In this document: piece after piece, positions 42,157 to 57,139 of the stretch | How positions within the stretch are numbered: position 1 is the stretch's first letter | Layout: each line of letters starts with the position of its first letter | Origin: Octopus sinensis | Lineage: Eukaryota | Assembly: GCF_006345805.1 (NCBI RefSeq) | Contig: NW_021830455.1 | Span: 1,439 to 65,438 of the forward strand | Length of the DNA: 64,000 nt | Direction: 5' to 3' | Notes under the pieces: model-generated | The model's input: only the letters and a program-made list of their open reading frames with translations | Told to the model about the DNA's origin: nothing | The model's database searches: none | Translations under genes and position numbers: made by a program

Positions 42157-42459
42157 GTATAGGATGCATTTGTTAATTTATAATCATGAACTGGAAAGCC
42201 CAAGGATTGCAGCGAGGGGCAGGAATCTAACGTTTTATCCGTGCAGTGTTTTCGATTTGAAAGTACGTAGTGCTTCCGTTAACAGTATAGCAATTGTCTT
42301 GTAGTGCTACAGAAAGAAATTAGACTCCTGCGTCTCCAGTTAGGAAAGATTTATGATCTACGTCCATGGATGTTTGATGTTAAGTGTGTAGGCTGCGTTT
42401 GGACGAATCTTGTCAGTGAAAGATTAAAGATAAGTTAAAGGTGTTAAATATTTACATCA

Positions 42460-42534
<75 letters not shown>

Positions 42535-43405
42535 TGAAGATTAAAAATGTATATCAGAAATGGAAAAATGGAGAAGTGTGGGCGAGCTAACTGAAGTGTA
42601 TAAAAACAAAAACGAACAGAGATGGATAATGCTAGATGACGTACAGTTGAATCTGTTAGAGAATTCATGTGTCTAGGTTTCGAACACTTCGTTAATGTAA
42701 ATGGCAACTGGGTTGTTTTTACTAAACTTTTCAATAAAAACAGAGAGCAAAAAGAGTATTAATAAGTAATACATCCGGAGAGATCCAAATCCTTTTTTTC
42801 CACGCCAGGTTCATACGATAACAAAAACTAAAATTGCCGCTAAAATAGAGTTCGATGGTAAATAGTCTTGTGCACCGTGACTCAACCCAACTGCAACAAC
42901 GACAGAATATGTTTAATACACACAAATATAACGAGGGTAGCAATCGAAGCACCAATAGACAGGCTAGTAGTTCAATGCTCATGTCAAATGTATCAATAAT
43001 TTGATTATAGATTTTGATCGGAAATTTTGTATAATGGTTGAGCATGAACACGTTAACATGGAAAGCAAAACACAAATATGGCGGCGAATGCAAGTTAATG
43101 TTCTGTCCAAATTACGGAAAAATACAGTCGAGTGGATAGTCAATTGCTCGACTGGTTCAAAGGTTTTAAAGACAGTTGTTTAATTTGATAACATGCTGAT
43201 TTCTCAGATAACTAATCGATATATTTGGCGTTTGTATGGGTGATTCTGATACTTCGTTGCATCTTATCTGGGCGGAAGAATCGTTGTGCGTTTACGAAGT
43301 CCGCTTCGCAATCATCTGATTGGGAATTCCATTCTTTCAAAATTGGCCAATGTCATACGATGGAAATTGATTTCGTAGCGAAAATTCAGGGAAGAACCTG
43401 TGTGA

Positions 43406-43499
<94 letters not shown>

Positions 43500-44197
43500 C
43501 AAACACCAAGAAATATATATATACTTATATATATTTATATATATAATATATATATATATATATTATTACTAACTATATTTATATATGTATATATATATAT
43601 GTGTGTGCATGTATGTATAAATATATATGCATATGCACGGCGTATACGCGTCTGCATTCACAGGTTTTGAAAACATGAATGAAATGTTACATATATAACT
43701 TACCTGATATATTTTATAAATTTATTTCGAGGTTGTATGTTTTGTTTCCATCACCGCTCTATGTCTGCTGTTCACACACACACACACGCACACACACACA
43801 CACACACATACACACACCTACGTGTAAGCAAACAGATTATCTGCTCTTAGCTTGAACTCAGAACACACAAGTTGACGCTCCAGACACACTGGGTCATTAT
43901 TTTATTTCTGCTTGAAAACAACGTGTGTGAACCTAACCAAACGCCCATCCATCCATACAAACATCCATCAACACTCTCACACACACACACACACACATCA
44001 CAATCAAGACAAAACAACGAACCGAATGAAAAAAATAACTACACAATAAAAGTTGATAAATTGGCTAACGGAGATTCTGTTTTAATGAATGAATTTTAAA
44101 ACGAAATCTAAAACGAAATCTAAACCGACCAACTTCAACACTGCGAACCAAACCAATAATAGTGACAGCACCAGCGGCTAAAACAATATCGTATGGT

Positions 44198-44457
<260 letters not shown>

Positions 44458-46329
44458 TCGGTTAGAAGATTTTCTTGCTACCTTTTCTAAAATAAGACAA
44501 TAAACACTCAGCGCAATTACCAAACACTGTTTTTCCTTCTTTCTTTTTTCTGTTTCGTTTCTTTCAAGCCTGGAAGTTAAAATAATGATCATGGTAATAA
44601 TTATAAGATTAATAAGAAGATCAGCAAGTATACAAACAGCGACCACCACCATCGCTAACGACACCAGCGCCACGCATCGGCAGCGCCGCCATTACTAATA
44701 AACAGGAGGGAATAATTTCTTTTCTCATTAAAATTCTGCAAAAATAAGACAACCAAAAGCCGCCTCTGAATTCCAAGACGGTTTTTATTTTCATTAAAGT
44801 AGCATTAGTATTTCTGTTTGTTTTACTGCTTGAATACTAATATGAGGCCACAGATCTCTTTAATTAGCTGGTGGGACTTGCTTGTTTGTTTTTCATTTCA
44901 TTTTTAGCTTTCTTTTTGTTTTTCTTTTTTTCTGTTTTTCTGTTCGTTTATATTCGTCTCGTCATTTTATATCATTACTTCAATATTATGGTGTTTGTTT
45001 ATAAGCAGTGGTGGCACGGAGAAGAAACGAACAAAAAAAAAATGGGGAAAAAAGAAAAGATAAGAAACATAATAAATAAATTGAATATTCTCAGTAAAAA
45101 TTCTAATTTCGTGGCTGAAAATTGATAAAATGTGTGAAGTAGATTGGTTTACTTCGATCTGAGTTTCTTTCTCGTTCATGAATGAATTCATTTGCTATTA
45201 TAAACTATAGAGAGAAGATGAGAAGAAGCAACATAAGTAAATAAATGCAATAAAAGACAGCCAAGCTTCCAGCTTATGATAATGTTTTGTTATTTAATAT
45301 TTGCAGCTCTGCCTAGGAAAGACTTATCAATATATATCCATATGTATTTATTTGATACAAAGTTATTAAGTAGTACGGCTGCTGTAGCGAGTGCTTTCAG
45401 ATATAGCATGTTATCTATTTGGAAATAGAATATTAATGACAATAGAAGGAGGGCCAGATGTAAGTAGAAAGAAATAAGATAAATATATTATGATGTGAAG
45501 ATGAGCTGAAAGAAGAAAATAAAAAATAATATATATATATATCATCAATTTTCAATGAAGTATCGCTAAGCCACGCTTACATCACCTTACGTTCTTTCTC
45601 TGATGCAGATTACATCCTCTCTATTTTCATGGAATTCACATGAGACGTTTATTAACATTATAGAATGATGCAGGTAAGTAAGAGATTATTAGCAAAGGAG
45701 CTTTGTTCTGCATTTCAAATCATCTTACTCCCCCCCACCTTTTTTCTCTCTCTTTTACATTCAAATATCTACATTTTGTGGAGAAATATATTGCTCCATA
45801 AAATTGTCTCGTTACATTAAGAATCAATTAGATTAAGGACCTATCAGGAAAAGCACAAAATCATCCTCCACGTTGTAAAACGTAACTCCACTCGATGTTG
45901 TTTGCTAATGAGATACGAATAAGACGACTAGACATATGACTCAAGTATTAGATATCCTTACATATCATATATATACATTTTCTATAATTGAGCTTCTTTA
46001 GCAATTTAATAATTTACCCATTCGGGTCGATCACATTATTTATAAGTGTTCACAATTTCTCTATAAGCCAGAGACAACCAACTTTTCCAGTCCTATTACT
46101 GAAATAAAATCCAATCACTTATATTTCAAACCATCTGTGGCGTAGTAATCTAATAGATGGTACATTCGGTTATCTGAGTTATTAAACTATTGGAGCAAAA
46201 GAAAAAAAGTAGCAGTCAAAATATTGATAACACCAGGAAAGGAAAAACAACGTCTCGAGCTCGAATCGTGCATTCGAGAGAGACAAAAGACAGTCCATAT
46301 ACTGCAGATGAAATGCATCGAAAATGAGT

Positions 46330-46600
46330 CCTAGTAATGGAGGCCGGAAGTTGATTGATTGGCTGAGAGTAGTTAAAGAATGTGGAAATGGATGAGAGTG
46401 TAAAAATCGGAGAGCTGTCGCAGTACGTTTGTTAGAGAGAGAGTGCATGGCTTCTTTGCAAAACTAGACTGCGTTTTAGAACAATCAGTCCATCAGTCCC
46501 CCTACATACTGTGCTTTTAAGACAGTGAGGTGATGTTCCTGCGAGGTTAGGTTGTTCGGAATGTTGAGCAAGTATGAAGACACTCTCTCGTTTAGGTTAC
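46330..46600 (-). mobile_element. Possible ancient CR1/Jockey-like LINE 3' relic
   Basis: The peptide fragments HSLSNKRTATALRFL and TFFNYSQPINQLPAS only loosely recall the QSL.HRR.VA.L..FY and SFF......WN.LP motifs. Confidence 0.3.
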
Positions 46601-47242
46601 TGCGTTGATTATGTTGCATGAAACTCTGAATGTTTCTGCAATTTTGACGTTCAGAAGAAGAGTAATGAGATTGCGTTATCCAGCTGGAAACTATAAATAT
46701 GAAGTGGAAGAAATAATTGATTTCTGATTTCTATGAATGTCAGACAATCTTTGTTGTGAGACTGAGAATGTGCCTAGTCTCACCATTACAGTTTATTTCT
46801 CGTATGCAAAATCACTGGAGACTACTGACTTTAAAAAAGAAAAAGAGTGACATTCGATACTGAAATACAAAATATGCATTGTCCAAGAGGATGGATGGCC
46901 AAGAATGGAATCCTTTGGTTCTAAATTGTGATCAGTTAGAAGTGATCTAATACAAAACAACGACACAAACAATCCGAATTTGAACGGCTGATATCATCAT
47001 CTGGCCCGAATTAACTATCGAGCATAAAATATATAAGAAGCTGTAGTAACAATGGACTCCGTCGATTGAATGGTATTGAGTTCAATTCCACTCAGTAGAA
47101 TAATTACTATTAAACACTCTGTTCAGGAATAGATGTTTCTCCTTTTCATGTCTGAGGAAGAAGCGGTTCTAAGAGTATTTTCTGTTCTCCACCCCCACCC
47201 CCCACAACCAAAAAAAAATCGAAGTTCGCCGTTAGAAATGTT

Positions 47243-47750
47243 GCCGCAGCAGCGGCTGTGTGGTAAGTAGTTTGCTTACCAACCTCATGGTTCTGGGTTC
47301 AGTCCCACTGCGTGACACCCTGGCCAAGTGTCTTCTACTATAGCTTCGGGTCGACCAAAGCTTTGTCAGGGGATTTGGTAGAGTGAAATTGAAAGAAGCC
47401 CGTCGTATATATGTATATGTATGTGTGTTTGTGTATCTGTATTTGTCCCCCCAACATCGCTTGACAACCGATGCTGGTGTGTTTACGTCTCCGTAACTTA
47501 GCGGTTCGGCAAAAGATACCGATAGAATAAGTACTAGGCTTACAAAGAATAAGTCCTGGGGTCGATTTGCTCGACTAAAGCCGGTATTTCGTCCGTCTTA
47601 TCAATCTGAGTTCAAATTCCGCCGAGATACGCTTTATATTTTCTCCTTCTGGGGTCGATAAAATAAGTACCAGTTGAGCATTGGGTCGATATAATTGACT
47701 TACGCCCAGCCCCTAAATGACTGGCCTAGTACCAAAATTTGAAATGGTTA
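47243..47750 (+). mobile_element. Chimeric SINE: family A (47243-47585) fused to a family B body (47582-47750)
   Basis: ...gtcgatttgctcgactaaagcCGGTatttcgtccgtc... switches from A to B sequence at the shared (G)CGGT. Confidence 0.85.
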
Positions 47751-47799
47751 TTATCAACCTTGGTTTAGGTGGAGAACGGACAAATTCTTAAGTACGTCG

Positions 47800-48445
47800 A
47801 TCAAAATGCTTAGCGGCATTTCGCCCAACTTTGCGTTTTGAGTTCAAATGCTGCAGGGGGATCAATTTGTTTTTTATTCTTTCGGGGTCAATAAAACAAA
47901 TTCCAGTTGAACGCTGGGGTTGATGTAATCGACTTAACACCTTCCCTGAAATTGCTGGTCTTGTGCCAAAATTTGAAAGCATTATTCTCAACCTTGGAGT
48001 GATAAACAATAAACATCTGTTGGAATTGACATATTAGAAATTCTTTATTGCGACTCCCCATCGTGTTTGTTCATTGTATCACATTGTGTTCTTACTTGCC
48101 AAGATACACCACCATTTCGGTACATTATATCACACTACCAGTTGTAATCAACACGTCACGCTCTCGTCTTTACTTACATTACAGTTCCTATTTACAAGAG
48201 AATGTTGCAATTTCTTTTAATGCAGCATATTAAGGCGGTGAGCAGGCACGACAGTTAGCACGTCGGGCAAAAGTACTTGGCAGTTTTTCGTCCCTCTTTC
48301 CATCAGGATTTAAATTTCCCCGAGGACAACTTTGCCTTTCATTCATTGATGTTCGATAAAAATAAGTACCAGTCATGTACTGGAGTCGATGTCATCGACA
48401 TGCCCCACCTCGAAAATCACTGGCCTTGTGCCAAAGTTGCAAACT
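47800..48445 (+). mobile_element. Two further SINE family B copies (47800-47985, 48234-48445)
   Basis: B-box gagttcaaat / gatttaaattt, Meta-like core, and ggccttgtgccaaa tail. Confidence 0.82.
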
Positions 48446-48658
48446 TATATAAAACGTAATTTTTTTCTTTACGATCTGAGTTCAAATTTCATCAGGTTCA
48501 AATAACAGTCACCGCCCGTTTACGGTATCCACTGTATTTTTTGTTTAACCCTTTTGTCACCATATTTCTGTTAAGATGCTCTGTGTTTCTTTCATTTATT
48601 TACTCTAAATTGTTAACAGATATTTTGCCTTCTTGTAACGAGGTGATATAGCTATGTT

Positions 48659-49056
48659 TAGAAGGCGGCGAGCTGGCAGAAGCGTTAGCACGCCGGGCGA
48701 AATGCCTAGCGGTAATTTCGTCTGTCGTTACATTCTGAGTTCAAATTCCGCCGAGGTCGTCTTTGCCTTTAATCCTTTCGGGGTCGATAAATTAAGTACC
48801 AGTTACGCACTGGTTCGATGTAATCGACTTAATCCGTTTGTCTGTCCTTGTTTATCCTCTCTGTGTTTAGCCACTTATGGGTAGTAAAGAAATAGGTATT
48901 TCCTTCAGCCGCTACATTCTGAGTTCAAATTCCACCGAGGTCGACCTTGCCTTTCATCCTTTTGGGTCGATGAAATAAATACCAGTTACACACCGGGGTC
49001 AATGAAATCCACTATCCCCCTCCCCAAATTTTAGGCCTTGTGCTTATAGTAGAAAG
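48659..49056 (+). mobile_element. Dimeric SINE family B (Meta-domain-like) with 14-bp TSD
   Basis: Head ggcggcgagctggcagaa, two GAGTTCAAATTCC...GCCTTT(C/A)ATCCTTT(C/T)GGG(G)TCGAT units, and TSD GATATAGCTATGTT at 48645-48658 and 49057-49070. Confidence 0.93.
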
Positions 49057-49584
49057 GATATAGCTATGTTCACGCAAATTATAGAGAAACATGTTCCATC
49101 GGGACAAATTCACTGGATTAAGTCTACACTAAAGAACTAGAATTAATCTGTCAAGAGCACTAGAACTGATGTGTTTAGCATACATTGTTATGTCCTTCAG
49201 TAGCATTTGCTGAGTATTCTTGGTTCCAAAATATACAGACCCAGCGCGTGAACCGAGGAGAACTCACTACGGGAATTACAGCGATTCGCTGTATTACAAC
49301 AATTCACTAAATTTGAGTCGGGCTATTGAGTGAAGTTATTATTGGTTGACGGGGAACGGAAAGCAAACGCAAATCTGCTGTTTGGGGTCAGGTTTTAGGG
49401 TCCGGTTTAGGGTTTTAGAGTTACGCCGAAAACAGTGTGGTGTGCGCATTCCTTACCTCTGCTTTGTTTAACACCAAATAATCTCTGATAGACAAAACTT
49501 ATAACCACACACCTACGATGAATGTTTGTATGTGTGTGTGTGTGTGTATGTTTTCCGGTTTTTCAAATTTCTTTCCTTTCGTCC

Positions 49585-49620
49585 TTTTCTGTCGAAGAGC
49601 GTAGGCTCGAAACGTCAAAG
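49585..49620 (+). ncRNA. Minimal type-I hammerhead-like motif (A6U substitution)
   Basis: UUUU|CUGUCGA|a GAGC guag GCUC|GAAA CG UC^AAAG. Same family as 16823, since both are followed by tcc(t)gagcgtc. Confidence 0.65.
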
Positions 49621-49765
49621 ATTTTTTTATTTGTCCGAGCGTCAAACGAATGCAGTTGCTTACGGTTTCCTCTCCCCTCTTTTGTTTACTGAGCATCTGA
49701 ACTACACACACACGCAGACGCCAGCACACACAAACATTATACACACACATACATACATACATACA

Positions 49766-49847
<82 letters not shown>

Positions 49848-49950
49848 CGGAGTAAACACATAAATGTGAAACAAGGTGGAAAAAAGAGTACTCAAATACC
49901 AGTGGTAGATTAATATGCTTTATTTAAAGCAGCAGGAAATTCAACAAAAC

Positions 49951-49988
49951 CTGTTACTCTGAGTTTCACGTTGCTGTTCATCGGACAG
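49951..49988 (-). ncRNA. Minimal type-I hammerhead-like motif within a TA-embedded 150-bp element (49846-49996)
   Basis: Minus strand: CUGU|CCGAUGA|AC agcaac GU|GAAA CUC a GAG UA^ACAG. AATAAA lies ~27 nt downstream. Confidence 0.72.
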
Positions 49989-49994
49989 TTTTTG

Positions 49995-50038
<44 letters not shown>

Positions 50039-50098
50039 TAGCTCGACTAAATACGGTGCTCCAGCATGGCCACAGTCAGACAACTGAAGCAGGCAAAA

Positions 50099-50141
<43 letters not shown>

Positions 50142-50740
50142 GAGAAAAAGAGAAAGAAATTCATTAACGTATAGATATATAAGTGTGGCGTGGGGATGGA
50201 AGGAGAGAGACGTAACACAGAAAGACACACATACCTGTATAAAAGTATTATTGTGCAGGTAAGTGCTTGATTGTATGGTTTAATTACAAAGTAACAAGAG
50301 AACGAACTGCGAATGCATAGAATGCAAAAGTATATGTTGATACAACTGGTTTGACATCAATCTGACTCTACACCATATACACACTTTCACATACAGAAAT
50401 ACATACCCACAAAAACAGAGACGCACACATACTATACCGATATGCCATGCATTCACATGCACTCTAGACACATACACACACACACACACACACATACACA
50501 CACACAGACGCTTACACTTCTAAATACATTGCGATATAAATCAATTGATAGCTTGATAGACAGGTTAAGTACTCCGGCGAATTACAATGTTTCTCCTAAA
50601 TGTATGCGTCTATTTTACATAATTGCAGGGAATATACATCAGATATTTAATCAGTTATATATATATGTATATAAATAAACATATACATATAAACATATAT
50701 ATATATATATGTATAAGGTTTTCTCACTTTCACTCACTTC

Positions 50741-50778
<38 letters not shown>

Positions 50779-51091
50779 CTGTGAGTGTGTGTGTATAGAT
50801 AGATAGATACATACATATATGTATTATAATTATACATCTTGTGCATTATATATACATGTATACAAACATATATTTATATCTCTCTATTTCTCTCTGTCTC
50901 TGTCCGTCTGTCTCTCTCTCTCTCTCTCTCTCCTCTCTCTTCTCTATATATATATATATATATAATCATATATGTATACTATATAATATATATATATATA
51001 TGTATACATATATACATGCATATATATATACATATACATATATACATGCATGCATATATATCTATACATATATTTATATCTCTATACATAC

Positions 51092-51123
<32 letters not shown>

Positions 51124-51124
51124 C

Positions 51125-51173
<49 letters not shown>

Positions 51174-51295
51174 AACCAACCAAATGCGCACATATATTCA
51201 TATATATGTATGTAAGCATATATGTGTGTGTGTCTGAGTGCGTTATTTGCGCGTGTCTGGATATCTGAATATGCATACATACATACATACATACA

Positions 51296-51329
<34 letters not shown>

Positions 51330-52644
51330 CATATAAACATACAAACATACATACATCTATATACACTCACACAAACACATATATACTTACACACATCCAC
51401 AGAAACATAAATGCGTAAAACGACACATTGATGCACATATCTGAAAATATAGTCATCAAATATTTATCGAGTTGGGTTTTATGGTCTATATATTTCGACA
51501 TGGGAAGCAATTTGTCTTTTAATCAAAGCAATTATCTACAAAATATCAATTATCTTAAAACCTGCCTAACCTTTGTACAGTGTAATTTGCGTAAGCTAGC
51601 GAAGTATTCGCTGAATAATACGAAGAAGCCTTCAGAAAAATACGCTAATTGTATCATTACACTATGTCAAGAGGCTCACTGACAAACCCATGACAGAATC
51701 ATTAGAGAGACGAATGAGACAGAAGATGAAGTAGAAGAAAGATGCTTCTGAGAACAGCATACGTTCGGTGTCTATTAAGTGTTAGATTACCGCACCTCCT
51801 ACTCCTCCTACGACGCCTCGCAACTATCGTCACCCGCTATTTACACGTTACGTTTATTATATATTATAGTACACTACATAAACATATATATATATATATA
51901 TAATATATATAATATATTATAATATATATATATATATATATATTTATATGATGTATGTATGTATATATGCACGCATGTATGGCCGTGTCTATGTGTGTAA
52001 GCATAGAGAAATTGATAATTATGTACGTAGATATATATATTCACATAGCAGAGATATATTAGTAGGCAAACATGAAGCACATTCAAATATTTACATCTCT
52101 ATTCACATGCCTACGCAAGTCAACATGTAGTAGTACATGTATGAATGTGTGTATGCGCATGTGTGTATGTTTATGAACACAAACATGCACATACACACAC
52201 ACACACAGGTATAAATGGATATATACATATGTACATTTATGCATGCATATACATATGTACATGTAAGCAGAAATAGGCATGCATATTCATAAATACACAT
52301 ATACACTTATAGCTCAACTGTAAATATATACATTCATATCCACATTCACATTTACGTAAAACACACACACATACACGTATGACTGTGTATATAGACACAT
52401 ATACATACGTTCATAGAGAGACCTATACACCTACATACGCAGATATATATCTCTACGGCTACACACCGATTATGTGTTTATAAATTAAATGCAGTTATTG
52501 AGAAACGGATTAATGCATAGGTTGTAATATACGGTGATAGATTAAGACGCTCACCTACGGAGGTTTCAGATTTAGCCAGAAGGGCGGGAATATCATGGCA
52601 GGAGAAGAGTCAAGTGAATCAACCCCAGTCTTCAAATAGAACTT

Positions 52645-52812
52645 AGGAGTGGCTGTGTAGTAAGTAGCTTGCTTACCAACCACATGGTTCCGGGTTCAGT
52701 CCCACTGCGTGCCATCTTGGGCAAATCTCTTCTACTATAGTCTCGGTCTGACCAAAGCCTTGGAAGTGGATTTGGTAGACGGAAACTGAAAGAAGCCCGT
52801 CGTATATAAATA

Positions 52813-52844
<32 letters not shown>

Positions 52845-53094
52845 TATGGGAATGTGTGTGTGTGTGTGTGTGTGTCTTTGTTTGTGTGTCTGTGTTTGTC
52901 CCCCCAACATCTCTTGACAACAGATGCTGGTGTGTTTACGTCCCCGTAACTTAGCGGTTCGGCAAAAGAGACCGATACTATAATTACTAGGCTTATAAAG
53001 AGTAAGTCCTGGGGGTCGATTTCCTCGACTAAATGCGGTGCTCCAGCATGGCCACAGTCAAATGACTGAAACAAGTAAAAGAGTAAAAGAGTAA
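52645..53094 (+). mobile_element. SINE family A, full length
   Basis: Matches the other A copies end to end. Confidence 0.95.
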
Positions 53095-53704
53095 CCAGCG
53101 GATACCTTACAAAGAATTATAGTCTTAGAAACGTGGGCATGGGGTCACACTATGGAAATAGATATCTTAGTAAACATCGTCTTGAGATGTTGGGTTTCAC
53201 AAATCCCAAAAGGATGGGAATATTTATGAAATCAATGTAACACGTCATTAATAAAACTGGGGAAAATGTAGTTTATTCGATATTTTATCCCTTGTACGTA
53301 TTTACTCACTTTTACACTTTTATCTGACGAGCCAAAGTCTATCGCTATCCAGGGGCGCAAGTATTACACACAGAAACAGGCACATACACACACTCACACA
53401 CAAATGTACGTGTACGTATGTGTCTGTGTATATATATATATGTATGGATTAAAATATGCCTACATACATATAAATACACACACCTATACTAACCCGGCAC
53501 GTGCAATTTGGCATTACAATTATAGATAATATTACGTATACATTTTGTCTATAGACGCAGATAAACCAAAGGAAGACATATGTAAATACATCCATCCATG
53601 AATACTTGGAAAATGCGTACACAAATATATGTCGACACATACTACTACTACTACTAATAATAATAATAATAGCAATAATAATATTAATGATAATAATAAT
53701 AATG

Positions 53705-53747
<43 letters not shown>

Positions 53748-53940
53748 GAATAATAATAATAATATAAACGTACATACATGCATTTATATAAATATATACA
53801 CACTTATATATATATATATAAATGTAGTCAGACGCTTGTATACATCTGTAAATACATACATATATACACAAATGCAGACACACATATATATATATATGCA
53901 TAGATAAATAGTCACACATATATACATACATACATACATA

Positions 53941-53980
<40 letters not shown>

Positions 53981-54025
53981 ACGGCGATTATAATTAATTT
54001 TATTGTATCGCATTTATCTTTTGTG

Positions 54026-54065
<40 letters not shown>

Positions 54066-54100
54066 ATATATATATATATATAATATATATAGGATACATA

Positions 54101-54144
<44 letters not shown>

Positions 54145-54466
54145 ATATGTATATATATATATATATATACATATAGTTATGTATATATGTATATAATTTA
54201 TACATATATACATACGTGCATACATATATAGATATGTACCTATGGAAGAAGGAATGCGTTACCGTTTTGAATCAGAAGAAACTTAATCAAAATTTCGATG
54301 CTCGAATTTTACAAATAATTAATTTCCTCCGCTCTAATCTTTAAGAGGACGTTTTAATTAATTGCAAATGCGCGAGCGTTTGGGTTGCCATAATGATGGC
54401 TAGATGGGGAAAATTATAATTAGAACTTCAAATTAATTAAATGAAGATCAGTCATCAAAACTGAAA

Positions 54467-54501
<35 letters not shown>

Positions 54502-55569
54502 TAATATAATAATAATAATAATAATAATAATAGTGATATTAATATTAATAATATTATTAATCAAAATAATATTAATAAGGGGAAAATAAAAATTGTAATA
54601 ATAAAATGCATTTGAAGAAAGAAAAAAAAAACGAATAATAAGAATAATAATTTGAAGAAAAATATACATACAGAAAAGAGTAATAATAATTCCTTTAATT
54701 AAATTGCAGGACATTAATTTCAGACTTACGAACAGTTAATAATTGAGAATATGGAATATCATAATGGAAAAATAGATGAATTTTTCATACACAACATGAT
54801 GTTTTTGTGCGAATAAACTGCTCTCACATATACGTACGTCCTATTCACGTACACACATACGCGTATACGTACATACATTCATAGATTTCCTGCTTAGTAT
54901 ATATATATATATATATAGACATATTCATACAGGCAGACTTTCATTCACACGTGTATACATACGTTTATTGCAATCACACAACACACTTGGAAATCATATA
55001 TGAGTAAGTATATGATTGCGTCTATAAATCATATTTCTGTTAGTGAACGCGTCTACAGTATTGCAATATACCTTACATATAAATGTTCGTTTCTATTAAG
55101 GAACATAATTATTTTCTATTTGGCCTTATGTGTGTATGTATATATATACATATTTACGTATATACATGTATATACATATATATATGCATATATATACATA
55201 CGTATATATATACATATATATATGCATATATATATACACATATATAAATATATATATACACACATATATATATACATATATATGCACCTATATATATACA
55301 CACACATATATATACACATGTATACACACATACACTTACATATATATATATATATATATACATGCATACATATTTATATATTACATATATATATATATGT
55401 ATGTATATATGTATGTATATATATATATGTTTGTATGTATATATGTTCGTATATATATATGCATGTATAAATATATATGTATGTATATATATATGATTAT
55501 ATATATATATGCACATATATACTGTGTGTATGCATATATATGGTTATGTATAGATTATGTATGTGGTAT

Positions 55570-55649
<80 letters not shown>

Positions 55650-56002
55650 TATTATATTTGACATATTGGCCAATTGACAAAGAAAAGACGGCATTATTTG
55701 AAATGCGTTTTAACATACTGTACTGAAGTCAACTTCCTTTTTTCGAATTGAAATTTAATGTTGGTGTTTAGTTTTGGGTGGAAATGGTTCCCCATGAAGT
55801 CCCTCTACAAATGGCTTCTTCACTCCTGACCTCCAAACCTCATATCTATTCATTCGATGCATACTCAGTTATGATTGCTCATTGAATTCGTTGATGACCA
55901 CCTCCTCTTCTGCTAGTGTAGGCAACACTAGCTCTCGGTCACAGATCCTACACATTAATCACTTTATAAATTTATCTCTACAGACTTTATAAATTATCTC
56001 TA

Positions 56003-56417
56003 GGCGCAGGAGTGGCTGTGTGGTAAGGAGCTTGCTTACCAACCACATGGTTCCGGGTTCAGTCCCACTGCGTGGCATCTTGGGCAAGTGTCTTCTGCTA
56101 TAGCCCCGGGCCGACCAAAGCCTTGTGAGTGTTTGGTAGACGGAAACTGAAAGAAGCCTGTTCGTATATATGTATATATATATAAGTGTGTGGTGTATAT
56201 GTTTGTGTGTCTGTGTTTGTCCCCCTACATTGCTTGACAACCGATGCTGGTGTGTTTACTTCCCCGTAACTTAGCGGTTCGGCAAAAGAGACCGATAGAA
56301 TAAGTACTAGGCTTACAAAGAATAAGTCCCGGGGTCGATTTGCTCGACTAAAGGCGGTGCTCCAGCATGGCCGCAGTCAAATGACTGAAACAAGTAAAAG
56401 AGTAAAGAGTAAAGAGA
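56003..56417 (+). mobile_element. SINE family A, full length, young
   Basis: Matches the other A copies end to end. Confidence 0.95.
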
Positions 56418-56739
56418 GACTTTCGATAGAAATTGTAGCCTTTACTGATCGGTTACAACGTTTCGTATTCGAATGCGTCGAATATAAACAATGTGACTGA
56501 AGATAGAGAAATTGCCAGTGAGAGTATATGCATATTTCAGGTGTTCTTGCTCTTTTTTCAGTGCCACAACCAACGGTACGTATCAATAATAAGCAAGGGA
56601 TGAGAGGAAAGTCCCTCGGTTACGTACATGACTGCTTGCAACAGATAGTATTCAAACAGTAGCGGATAACTGACCGCCTCGTGTACACATGTGCTGGATG
56701 GACCAACATACTAAACATACTGAACTAATATGAAATATT

Positions 56740-57139
56740 GATTTCAAATTTTGGCACAAGGTCGGCAACATCGACCCTAGTGCCCAACTGGTACTTATTT
56801 CATCGATCCGGAAAGGATGAGAGGCAAAGCCGACCTCGAAGGAATTTGAACTCAGAACGTAAAGACAGGCGGGATACCGCTATTGAAATGTGGAACGTAA
56901 ATAATTATTTCTTTATTGCCCAGAGGGAACTAAAAATGGAGGGGAGAAACAAGGACAGACAAACGGAGTAAGTCGATTACATCGACCAGAGGGCGTAACT
57001 GGTACTTATTTAATCGACCCAGAAAGGATGAAAGGCAAAGTCGACCTCGTCGGAATTTGAACTCAGAACGTGAAGACGGACAAAATACCACTAGGCATTT
57101 CACCCGGCATGCGAATGATTGTGCCAGCTCACCGCTTAT
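56740..57139 (-). mobile_element. Dimeric SINE family B with 17-bp TSD
   Basis: Two gaaaggatga(a/g)aggcaaag(t/c)cgacctc...ggaatttgaactcagaacgt units. TSD AACTAATATGAAATATT at 56723-56739 and 57140-57156. Confidence 0.92.

Noticed and set aside
45600-45680. Plus-strand exon ending at CAG|GTAAGT
   Set aside because: All three frames upstream contain stops, and a donor motif alone is expected by chance in 64 kb.
49383-49422. Interstitial telomeric repeat
   Set aside because: There are only two or three degenerate TTAGGG-like words and no array.
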